This document shows, one piece after another, positions 1 to 12,252 of a DNA stretch of 64,000 bases. A program made the position numbers and the translations under genes. Location: positions 288,001 through 352,000 of the forward strand of contig JBKAGE010000078.1 of assembly GCA_046290225.1 (NCBI GenBank). The letters run 5' to 3'. The notes under the pieces are model-generated. The model saw nothing but the letters and a program-made list of their open reading frames with translations, did no database searches and had not been told where the DNA came from. The stretch is from Bradymonadia bacterium. Its GTDB lineage: Bacteria; Myxococcota_A; Bradymonadia; UBA7976; UBA1532. Every line of letters starts with the position of its first letter. Position 1 is the first letter of the stretch.

Positions 1-2342
<2,342 letters not shown>

Positions 2343-2490
2343 GCAGTGATCAGGCCTTTCGAGGTGACCGGGTCATTCTTAGCCGGTTCAGTGCCCAGGG
2401 GCAAAGCAAGGGCAAAGGGTTCTGCGATATGGCGTCCACCCAATGGCCTTTGCTACCTTCCCGAGGCTTTGACCTCTCTCGGAGCTGGAG

Positions 2491-3654
2491 ATGAAGATCA
2501 GTCGATTGTGTGTCCTGGGGGCACTCTCGGTCTCGTTGTGGGCCTGTGATGACGGTGACAGTGGTGGCGGCTCAGCCGGCGCCGGTGGTGATACCGGCGG
2601 CGCGGGTGGTATGGCCGCGGCAGGTGGCATGGGCGGCGCCGGGGCGGAAGGCGGCGCAGGTGGTATGGCCGGCGCAGGCGGCATGGCTGGCGGCGCTGGC
2701 GGCATGGCCGGTGGTGGCGGTGAAGGTGGCGTCGCAGGCGGCTCGGAGCCCAGCATCGACGAGCGCTGCCCCGACGCCCAGATCCGCAGCCACCTGCTGG
2801 TGTTGTTCAACGATCGCGTCGACGCCTACTTTTTCGATCCGGGCACTGGCACCGCGTCATACTTCTGCAAGTTCCTCGATCTCGGGGGCAATGGCATCAC
2901 CACCGCCACGGGCATGGCCCAGGACGCCAACGGTGACTTCTACGTGGTGGCCTCTGGCGAGCAGTTTGGCCGCGTCGTGAAGTTCAGCACCAACGGTGAG
3001 TGGATCGATGAGGTAGATCGCAACGTCAACCTCAACGGTGTCGACGGCATCTGGAACACCTTTGGTGACGACTTCGTGGTCTGGAACGCCGCCAACCAGA
3101 ACCTGTACCGCTTGACCAACGAGGGTCGCTTCGCTGGCACCTGGACCCCACCTGCAGGCCAGAGCGCCCGCGTAACCAACATCACTGATCTCACCTTTGT
3201 GGACGACGACAAGGTGGTGGCCACCTTCTCCGACCGAGAGGCCCGCCTCTTCGCGCCCCCCTTCGCGCCAGAGTTCGTCGAAGAGCAGGTGGGCCTCGCC
3301 CTTGGCGCCGGTGGCTCGGTCATCGGCGTGGAGACCGACGCGGGTACCCAGTTGCTCATGACGGCCCAGGTGGGTGGTCTTGATGGTGGCTATGGTGTGC
3401 TGCTGTTCCGCGCAGTGGCCAGCGGTCGCGCGGCGCCGGAGCTTCAGGAGATCCTCGTAATGCCCTCGGAGATCCTCGACGGTGTGGACATTCAGGCGAC
3501 GGAGTCCGGGTTCCTCGTCCTCGACTCGGCCATCGCCGGCACGCCCAACCTCGCGGTGTTCAACCGCGACGGAGATCGCCTCAACGACATCACCATCGAA
3601 GGTGAGGGCAACCCGCGTCAGTTCGAGGTGCTTCGGGTCTTCCGCGACTTCTGA
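2491..3654 (+). CDS. Lipoprotein with Gly/Ala/Met linker and probable beta-propeller domain
   Basis: Signal peptide with lipobox LWAC, (GGMAG)-like linker, then a beta-rich domain; GGAG RBS directly upstream. Confidence 0.75.
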   Translation: MKISRLCVLGALSVSLWACDDGDSGGGSAGAGGDTGGAGGMAAAGGMGGAGAEGGAGGMAGAGGMAGGAGGMAGGGGEGGVAGGSEPSIDERCPDAQIRSHLLVLFNDRVDAYFFDPGTGTASYFCKFLDLGGNGITTATGMAQDANGDFYVVASGEQFGRVVKFSTNGEWIDEVDRNVNLNGVDGIWNTFGDDFVVWNAANQNLYRLTNEGRFAGTWTPPAGQSARVTNITDLTFVDDDKVVATFSDREARLFAPPFAPEFVEEQVGLALGAGGSVIGVETDAGTQLLMTAQVGGLDGGYGVLLFRAVASGRAAPELQEILVMPSEILDGVDIQATESGFLVLDSAIAGTPNLAVFNRDGDRLNDITIEGEGNPRQFEVLRVFRDF

Positions 3655-3703
3655 GGCTCGAGGCTGAGCCCCCTGTTCGGCCTGCTCCCCCAACCTGCAC
3701 AGG

Positions 3704-4642
3704 TTACTCTGACCGGGCAGCCCTGCGCATGAGCGTCTCGAGGGCTTGCTGAGCGGTAAACTGACCCCCCAACAGCCCGGCGACTGCCTTCAGCATGGGT
3801 GTCTCCACCCCCTGGCGGGCCGCTCTCGCAGCCAGGGCCCTGGCGCCATGGGCCAGCTCGGGATCTACGGCCATGGCCTTTTCTACGTCGCCCTTGGCGA
3901 GGTGCTGCCCCATCATCCAGCCTTCACCTGCACCTTCGAAGATGAGGGTGGTGATGACCCCCAGGCCTGCGAGGCCATAGGCGGTGCCGCTGTGCCCACC
4001 GAGGGCCTTCACCAGGCGCTCGCTCTCGGCGAGGGCCCGTGTGAGGGCCGTGGCCTCGGTGGCCGCACCTGCGCCGAGGGCGCGGGCGATGCTCACGGGG
4101 ATCACCATGATGTGGGCCAGCACATCGGCGAGCTCCACCCCGGTGAGATCGTCGCTGGTGTAGACACGCAGGTGGGGGCGCACCATGGCCCCCTGAATCT
4201 CCCGTGCCCACGAGACGAATGGACTGCCCACCACCAGCGCGCCGGGCTTGTCGGCCTTCAGTGCCTCAGCGTCAGCGGCACCGGCGAGGGCCGCCACCTG
4301 TCGCACACACGTCAGACGGTACACCGCCTCGCTGGCCCGCAGATGAGAGACAGGTGACAGGCCCCGGGCAGTGGTGACGATGCGGTGGTGCCCGGCGAAG
4401 AGTGCAGCGAGACCCTCCAAGGCCCGCTCAGTGTCAGCCATCGACAGGGCCATGACCACCCGCTCCGAGGCGCCCAGCGCCCGCTCGGCGTCGGTGGTGT
4501 GAGTGACCCCCGCGGGCAGCTTCCGCCGTGAAGTCTTCACCCCCAGGAGCAGGACCTGCTGCGCGTTACGCGACAGCACGCGGGCCAACGCCCGGCCCCA
4601 GGGGCCATCTCCGATGATCGTCCAGCTCGGTCCAGTGCTCAT
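3704..4642 (-). CDS. GpsA-like (NAD(P)H glycerol-3-phosphate dehydrogenase) protein with degenerate active site
   Basis: IIGDGPWGRALA, LRVYTSDDLTGVEL and TAYGLAGLG match the family, but the catalytic KN and GDL..SRN motifs are absent. Start placed at ATG 4642, overlapping the plsB stop. Confidence 0.8.
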   Translation of the reverse strand: MSTGPSWTIIGDGPWGRALARVLSRNAQQVLLLGVKTSRRKLPAGVTHTTDAERALGASERVVMALSMADTERALEGLAALFAGHHRIVTTARGLSPVSHLRASEAVYRLTCVRQVAALAGAADAEALKADKPGALVVGSPFVSWAREIQGAMVRPHLRVYTSDDLTGVELADVLAHIMVIPVSIARALGAGAATEATALTRALAESERLVKALGGHSGTAYGLAGLGVITTLIFEGAGEGWMMGQHLAKGDVEKAMAVDPELAHGARALAARAARQGVETPMLKAVAGLLGGQFTAQQALETLMRRAARSE

Positions 4643-6276
4643 CGGACCCCCTCCTCGAAGACGCCTCGGCACAAGGCCTCGTGCCAGTGACTCAAACGGT
4701 TGGCGTAGTAGTGCAGCAGCTTCGGAGCGTTCACCACCAGCAGCTCGCCCTGGCGCTCCACCACAGCACGGGTGTGATACATGCCGAAGGTGCGCACCCC
4801 CTCGTCCACGATGGCTTCGGTGGGCTGGTTCTTGATGAAGGCGTCCACCGTGAGGCGGCCCTCGGCCTCGAGGGCCAGCAACGTGGACTTGAGGCGCTCG
4901 GCGTCGGCGTAGATGTCCGACATCGAGTGGCCATCCCCGCTCGTCGTACGCAGCAGGGCGAACAGATCGAGGCTCGGCGAGGCGCGACGCTCCCGGGTCA
5001 TGAGCAACCAGGCCACACAGTGGCTGGGGAGCACCACCGTCTCTCTCAAGAAGGCCTCACCCACCGCCGTGCCCAGCATGCGGGTGTATTCGCGATCACG
5101 GGCCGGATCGATGACCGGGTGCCCATCGCGGTAGAGGTAGCGTCGGGGATCGATGACCGAGCCGTCGGGGCCCCGGCTTGTGCCGTCGGGGGCCACGGGG
5201 TTGCCGAAGACGTCCAGGGGCACCCCATAGCGGATCACCATGTTGGTGTTGAGGGCCATCACCTTGATGGCGTACTGGGTCACCTTGCTGATCTTCGAGA
5301 ACTCGTCGTCCTCGATGATGTACCGCGCCTGGCCCTTCTCCTTGAGGTGATCCTCGATGAGGGTCTCGGCCTCGAGCACCAGCGGGTAGTTGATGGTGAC
5401 CGGCACGATGTAGATCGGCCGGGCGTCACCTCGGCTCACCCGCGCCTGGAAGGCCGTGAGCGCGGTGCCCATCAGACCCAGCTTCAAGTGTTGCTCCACC
5501 TCATTGGAGCGGCTCCGGGTGCCGCCGGGGAAAAACAGGCTGTGGAAACCGCGCTCCAGCAGGACCTGACTGTAGGTCTTCAAGATCTGCTTGTAGAGCC
5601 CGTGGCGCAGCCGTCGATCAACCCGGTAGGCCCCGAGGTTGCGCATGAAGAACGAGATCAGCGGGTTGGAGAACAGGTTCTTGCCGGCGCCATAGGTCGC
5701 CGGGGGCAGGCCCGCCTCCACCAGGGACCAGCCGAGGACGATGCTGTCGAGGTTGCTCGAGTGAGTGGGCACGATCACCAGCGTGCCCCGCTCCATGAGC
5801 GCCCGAGCCTGCTCGGTGTGCCCCTCGACCCGGATCCGCTCCGAGAGATCGCGCATCGAGGCGAGGCCCGAGATGCGATCTGAGGTGTTGAACAGCATCT
5901 TGAGGCCCACGGGCAGCATGCGCGACGCGAAGCGATACACCCGAGGATCGAAGTTGCCCACGACGTCGGAGACATAGAAGCGCGCGAGATCTTCCAGTTC
6001 CCCCTCGAGGGCCGAGGCGTCCATGCGTCCCAGACGGCGAGCGAGGCTGTTCCACTTCGCCAGTCGATCGGCGCTGGCCCCGGGGGTCTTCTCGAGGCGC
6101 CTGATCTCGTGGAACGCAGCGTCGTTGAGCACCAGCTGATAGCTGCGCGGAGCCTTGAGCCCACCAAAGCTGGCGAGCTCGTGCACCACACGGCGGGTCA
6201 CCTCTCGCTGGATGTCCTCGCGATGCCGGTTGAACTGGAAGATCGGGGCGGCCCGGGTCTGGAAGGCTGTGCTCAC
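4639..6276 (-). CDS. plsB: Glycerol-3-phosphate acyltransferase (PlsB-like)
   Basis: HSSNLD (HX4D), GAGKNLF, LGAYRVDRR and FFPGGTRSR blocks. GTG 6276 overlaps the upstream stop (GTGA). Confidence 0.85.
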   Translation of the reverse strand: MSTAFQTRAAPIFQFNRHREDIQREVTRRVVHELASFGGLKAPRSYQLVLNDAAFHEIRRLEKTPGASADRLAKWNSLARRLGRMDASALEGELEDLARFYVSDVVGNFDPRVYRFASRMLPVGLKMLFNTSDRISGLASMRDLSERIRVEGHTEQARALMERGTLVIVPTHSSNLDSIVLGWSLVEAGLPPATYGAGKNLFSNPLISFFMRNLGAYRVDRRLRHGLYKQILKTYSQVLLERGFHSLFFPGGTRSRSNEVEQHLKLGLMGTALTAFQARVSRGDARPIYIVPVTINYPLVLEAETLIEDHLKEKGQARYIIEDDEFSKISKVTQYAIKVMALNTNMVIRYGVPLDVFGNPVAPDGTSRGPDGSVIDPRRYLYRDGHPVIDPARDREYTRMLGTAVGEAFLRETVVLPSHCVAWLLMTRERRASPSLDLFALLRTTSGDGHSMSDIYADAERLKSTLLALEAEGRLTVDAFIKNQPTEAIVDEGVRTFGMYHTRAVVERQGELLVVNAPKLLHYYANRLSHWHEALCRGVFEEGVR

Positions 6277-7898
6277 TCTGTCACCTCGAAAGCGCGCAGC
6301 ATGTAGGGGTTGCCGTTGATGTAGATGTCGAGACGCCAGTTCCCCGCCACAAAGGCCCGGAAGCTCCGGGTCCAGGCCCACCAGCCGCCCTCGAAGAGCC
6401 GCTGCTGGTATCGGTGGCGGGTGCCGTCGGGCTGGGTCCAGAACCAGGCGATGTCTACCTGAGGTCCCTCGCGGATCATGATCGCCCCAGCAGTCTCTTC
6501 GTCGACGAGGAAGCGCGCCCGCTCTCCCTCGGACCTGCAGTTGAGCAGGGCGTCGAAGTCGTCGGAGAACATCGCGTTGCAGTTCGCGGTCTCGTTGGCC
6601 TCGACGAGGAACAAGCCCTCGACCCAGTCAGGGCGGGGTGTCGCGGACAAAGGCGGGGTCAGATCCACGGGACCCACGAGCTGCTCGTGCACGAGGCGCC
6701 CCACCGACGCGAAGAGCGCGCCGGTGTCCGCCCCGATCTGCCGATCGAGGGTGAGCATCACCAGCACCATGGGCTCGAGGCCTTCTGCGGCGGCTTCGTC
6801 CGTGGGGGGCGTGATGAGAGCCCCCCAGTGACGGCCCGCGTAGAAGCCCGCGTTCCAGCTGGAGACCCACACTGGAGAGGGCAGCTCGTCTCCCCCACCT
6901 CCGCTGCCCAGCGACTGCTCGAGGAGTCCGCGGACGATGGCGTTCGTGGTCGCGTCCACCAGGGTGCCGCGGTAGAGCCGGGTGAGCACCTCACCCCATG
7001 CCCGAGCCGTGGCCAGGGATACGCCCATGTCGTTCATGGCGGCGACAGCGCCGCGGAAGGCAGCGTCGTCGAACTCCGGTGCTTCGGGGAAAGGATCAGG
7101 GGTGATGGCCGTCGCGTCGTCGCCGTGCAGATATCGGCCGAGGTTCACGCAGCTCACCCCCGAGAAACGACCATCGAGGGCCTCGGCGAACAGGCGATCC
7201 CGCTCGCAGGGAGACAGATAGCGACCCAGGCCGGGCACGATGAGGCTCGTGGCCGTCTCTTGCACCACCTCGGCCCCGCCGAGGGCGTCGATGAGCAGCG
7301 CCTCCGCCGAGCGATCCCCCAGGTTCAGGGTGAACCGCGCGAGCTGCTCGAGGGTGAAGGTCTCGCCGACACGGCGATTGCCCAGGAAGCCCGCGGGACT
7401 GCGCTCGAACTCAGCGGTGTACGTCACCTCGGTGCCAGCCTCGATGGTGCCTGCGGTGACCTGACTGGCGTAAGTGAGCACGGCGAAGATGCGGAACAGC
7501 TCTCCCCCGAAGACAGGCTCGTCAGCCCGAGAGGCCACCGCCTCTCCTGTGGCGAGGTTGCGGCCGTAGAAGTAGACCTCGCCGTTGAAGGCATCCACGG
7601 CCTCATTGATCTCTGCAGACGGGGCTTCTGGACCAGTGGGGGCAGCATCCGGCACCTCGGCCATGTCGGGTGGATCAGGCAGCTCGAAATCGGGGCTCGG
7701 CGCAAAGGCGTCGGGCATCATCGCCCCTCCGACACCACCCCCGCCGGCCTCACCCCCCTGAGGGCCACTGTCGGTCTGGCCGATCAGGCCGGGCTCTCCA
7801 GGCTCGCCACACCCGAGGCCGAAGTTCACGGCCCCCAGGAGCAAAGCCCCGAGGGCACACCGATGAATCTGGCGCATCACGTGCTCTCTCCTCGACAT
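6273..7898 (-). CDS. Lipoprotein with degenerate class A beta-lactamase/serine hydrolase fold and C-terminal Ig-like (DUF2914-like) domain
   Basis: Lipobox GLGC; fold-typical segments GEVYFYGRNLATGE, FTLEQLARFTL..GDRSA, LIDALGG and ATARAWGEVLTRLYRG; C-terminus WAWTRS..GNWRLDIYING. Start may be 7877. Confidence 0.65.
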   Translation of the reverse strand: MSRREHVMRQIHRCALGALLLGAVNFGLGCGEPGEPGLIGQTDSGPQGGEAGGGGVGGAMMPDAFAPSPDFELPDPPDMAEVPDAAPTGPEAPSAEINEAVDAFNGEVYFYGRNLATGEAVASRADEPVFGGELFRIFAVLTYASQVTAGTIEAGTEVTYTAEFERSPAGFLGNRRVGETFTLEQLARFTLNLGDRSAEALLIDALGGAEVVQETATSLIVPGLGRYLSPCERDRLFAEALDGRFSGVSCVNLGRYLHGDDATAITPDPFPEAPEFDDAAFRGAVAAMNDMGVSLATARAWGEVLTRLYRGTLVDATTNAIVRGLLEQSLGSGGGGDELPSPVWVSSWNAGFYAGRHWGALITPPTDEAAAEGLEPMVLVMLTLDRQIGADTGALFASVGRLVHEQLVGPVDLTPPLSATPRPDWVEGLFLVEANETANCNAMFSDDFDALLNCRSEGERARFLVDEETAGAIMIREGPQVDIAWFWTQPDGTRHRYQQRLFEGGWWAWTRSFRAFVAGNWRLDIYINGNPYMLRAFEVTE

Positions 7899-7940
7899 CA
7901 GTTCACATGGGCAGCGATGGATCAGTTTCGCCGCATCGTG

Positions 7941-8714
7941 TCACCGGCGGGCCTGCGGGGCAACGATCCGGATGATCTCCTGCACCACCTGCTCAACGGT
8001 CCGGCTCGCAGTGTCTACCGTAAAATGGGCTTCTTGATACAGCGGAGCCCGTGCCGCAAGCAGGGCCTTGAGCTCCGCCATCGCTTGCGGGTGATCCCGC
8101 ATCGGGCGGCGATCACCCTGTTGAATCACTCGATCCCAGTGGTCTTCTGGCCGTGCCTTGAGCCACACCGTCTGCGCTGATCTCTTGAGCTGCCCCCAGA
8201 TGATCTCGTGGGTCACCAGAGAGCCGCCCGTGGCGAGCACGGTGTCTTCCCGCTCTCCGAGCAGCTGGCTCAGGGCTTCATCTTCGAGGCGGCGATAGTA
8301 CGCCTCACCGTGTACAGCGAAGATCTCGGAGAGCGACAACTCGGCGAGGGCCTCGATCCGAGCGTCGAGCTCTACAAACCGGTAGCCCATCTGATCAGCG
8401 AGCGTCCGCCCGACAGAGGACTTCCCTGCTCCTCTGACCCCCATGAGCGCCAGCACCGCCCCTCGAGGTTCTTCAGCCACGACCTCGGCGATGGTCAGGC
8501 CGAGGGCCCGGCACATGGCGTACAGCTTCGCCAGCGACACATTCGCCTGACCCCGCTCGGCAAGGCCGATGTAGCGCTCGCTGAGCCCCGAGGCTTCTGC
8601 AAGGCCCTTCAGGGTCAGGTCGAGGGCTTGTCGTCGGCCTCTGAGGCGACGACCCACCATCGCCTTGAGGGCCTCCACCTCGTATGTGGCTGTGTCGTCC
8701 ATGAGAGGCTCCAC
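7941..8714 (-). CDS. boxR: BoxR/BzdR-family regulator (XRE HTH plus shikimate-kinase-like benzoyl-CoA sensor)
   Basis: HTH (SGLSERYIGLAERGQANVS) fused to LMGVRGAGKSSVG and QGDRRPM; divergent from boxC. Confidence 0.9.
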   Translation of the reverse strand: MEPLMDDTATYEVEALKAMVGRRLRGRRQALDLTLKGLAEASGLSERYIGLAERGQANVSLAKLYAMCRALGLTIAEVVAEEPRGAVLALMGVRGAGKSSVGRTLADQMGYRFVELDARIEALAELSLSEIFAVHGEAYYRRLEDEALSQLLGEREDTVLATGGSLVTHEIIWGQLKRSAQTVWLKARPEDHWDRVIQQGDRRPMRDHPQAMAELKALLAARAPLYQEAHFTVDTASRTVEQVVQEIIRIVAPQARR

Positions 8715-8872
8715 GAAAAAAAGGAACTATATGTCACGCAACTTCCTCACGAGACGCAATATCATTCTTGATGGCCGGCAACGACCCCTTTATTGTGCGT
8801 GTCGAAGTCGAAACATTCTGACGGACCCCCAGCGGCGCAGTTCAGCCGCTGCGCCACCCACCGCGAGGCCTC
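8715..8872. promoter_or_regulatory. Divergent boxR/boxC promoter region
   Basis: AT-richer intergenic gap between divergent genes; exact operator not identified. Confidence 0.45.
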
Positions 8873-10576
<1,704 letters not shown>

Positions 10577-10577
10577 G

Positions 10578-11990
10578 ATGGGCAACATCGACTACCAGAG
10601 CCGGATCCCCAACAACGTAGATCTCGGCAGCGACCGCCGCCTGCAGCGGGCTCTCGAAGCCTGGCAGCCCAACTTCATCGACTGGTGGATGGAGATGGGC
10701 CCTGAAGGCTTCCAACAAGACCAGGTGTACCTGCGCACCGCCATCAGCGTCGATCGTGACGGTTGGGCCCACTTCGACTACGTAAAGATGCCCGAATACC
10801 GCTGGGGCATCTTCGTGAACCCCATCGACACCGAGCGCACCATCCACTTCGGCGATCACATCGGCGCCCCGGTCTGGCAGAAAGTGCCCGGCGAGTACCG
10901 CAACGTGCTCCGCCGCATCATCGTGACCCAGGGCGACACCGAGCCCGCCAGCGTGGAGCAGCAGCGTCTGCTCGGTCAGACCGCCCCTTCTCTCTATGAC
11001 CTGCGCAACCTGTTCCAGGTGAATGTCGAAGAGGGCCGGCACCTCTGGGCCATGGTGTATCTGCTGCACACCTACTTCGGCCGTGATGGTCGAGAAGAGG
11101 CCGATGCGCTGCTCGAGCGCCGAAGCGGCAACGCCGACTCGCCGCGCATCCTCGACGCCTTCAACGCCCCCATCGACGACTGGTTGAGCTTCTTCTGCTT
11201 CACCACCTTCACCGACCGTGACGGCAAATATCAGCTGCGGGCCCTCGCCGAGAGTGGCTTCGACCCCCTCGCCCGCACCTGCCAGTTCATGCTCACCGAA
11301 GAAGCCCACCACATGTTCGTGGGCCAGACGGGCATGGGGCGGATCCTCCAGCGCTCTGCCGAAGCCTCGAAGCTGGGCGACCCCCGCACGCAGGGCGTGA
11401 TCCCCTTGGACATGCTCCAGCGGTACGTGAACTTCTGGTACACGATCTCCCTCGACCTCTTCGGCAGCGAAGACTCGAGCAATGCTGCCCTGTTCTTCGG
11501 CGCGGGCCTCAAGGGTCGCGATCGGGAGGCCACCCTCGAGGAGCACACCGCCCTCGACCAGAGCTACACGTTGACCAAGCTGAAGGGCGGCGCCCTCGTC
11601 GACGAGGACATTCCCCTGCGCCGGGCCATGAACGAGGTCCTCCGCGACGCCTATGTCGCCGACTGCGAGAAGGTGATCAAGAGCTGGAACCGGATCCTCG
11701 ACAAGGTGGGCTGTGACGTACGGATCAGCTTGCCCAACCGCCGGTTCAACCGCCGCCAGGGCATCTACGCCGACTTCGACTTCACCCCCGACGGCAAGCC
11801 TCTCACCCCAGCACAGTGGGCCGCTCAGAAGGACCAGTGGCTGCCCTCGGAAGATGATCAGCTCTACGTGAAGAGCCTGATGACCCGCGCCTACATCCAG
11901 CCCGGTGAGTACGCCCCCTGGATCGCGCCGCCGACCCGCGGCATCAATGGCCAGGGCCTCGACTACGCCTACGTGCAGCCTCACACCTGA
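10578..11990 (+). CDS. boxB: Benzoyl-CoA 2,3-epoxidase di-iron subunit
   Basis: IPNNVDL, TQGDTEPASVEQ, NVEEGRHLWAM and MLTEEAHHMFVG di-iron motifs. Confidence 0.96.
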   Translation: MGNIDYQSRIPNNVDLGSDRRLQRALEAWQPNFIDWWMEMGPEGFQQDQVYLRTAISVDRDGWAHFDYVKMPEYRWGIFVNPIDTERTIHFGDHIGAPVWQKVPGEYRNVLRRIIVTQGDTEPASVEQQRLLGQTAPSLYDLRNLFQVNVEEGRHLWAMVYLLHTYFGRDGREEADALLERRSGNADSPRILDAFNAPIDDWLSFFCFTTFTDRDGKYQLRALAESGFDPLARTCQFMLTEEAHHMFVGQTGMGRILQRSAEASKLGDPRTQGVIPLDMLQRYVNFWYTISLDLFGSEDSSNAALFFGAGLKGRDREATLEEHTALDQSYTLTKLKGGALVDEDIPLRRAMNEVLRDAYVADCEKVIKSWNRILDKVGCDVRISLPNRRFNRRQGIYADFDFTPDGKPLTPAQWAAQKDQWLPSEDDQLYVKSLMTRAYIQPGEYAPWIAPPTRGINGQGLDYAYVQPHT

Positions 11991-12121
11991 GGCTGTCTCA
12001 CCTACACACACCCACAAAAACGCACAACCCATTGATCGTCATCCTGATATGGGCTAGCCTGCTTATATTCTCAGGCACATGTACCTGAAGAGCAGTGCTC
12101 TCAAGGTGGGGTGTCTACTCG

Positions 12122-12234
12122 CTCACTCGGGTGAGTCGAAGGGTGTGTCGGGCTGTCCTCTGACATATTCTCTGTTTCGACTCACCTGAAGTGTGTCTCT
12201 GGTGCCCTGGTGTGTTGTTGAATGACACCCGGGC
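12122..12234 (+). promoter_or_regulatory. Structured leader/possible RNA element upstream of the recombinase-like gene
   Basis: Perfect 11-bp inverted repeat 12130-12140/12176-12186 enclosing a 9-bp stem with G-U pairs; second hairpin at 12204-12234. Confidence 0.45.
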
Positions 12235-12252
12235 CCTGAAGAGGGATGACCG

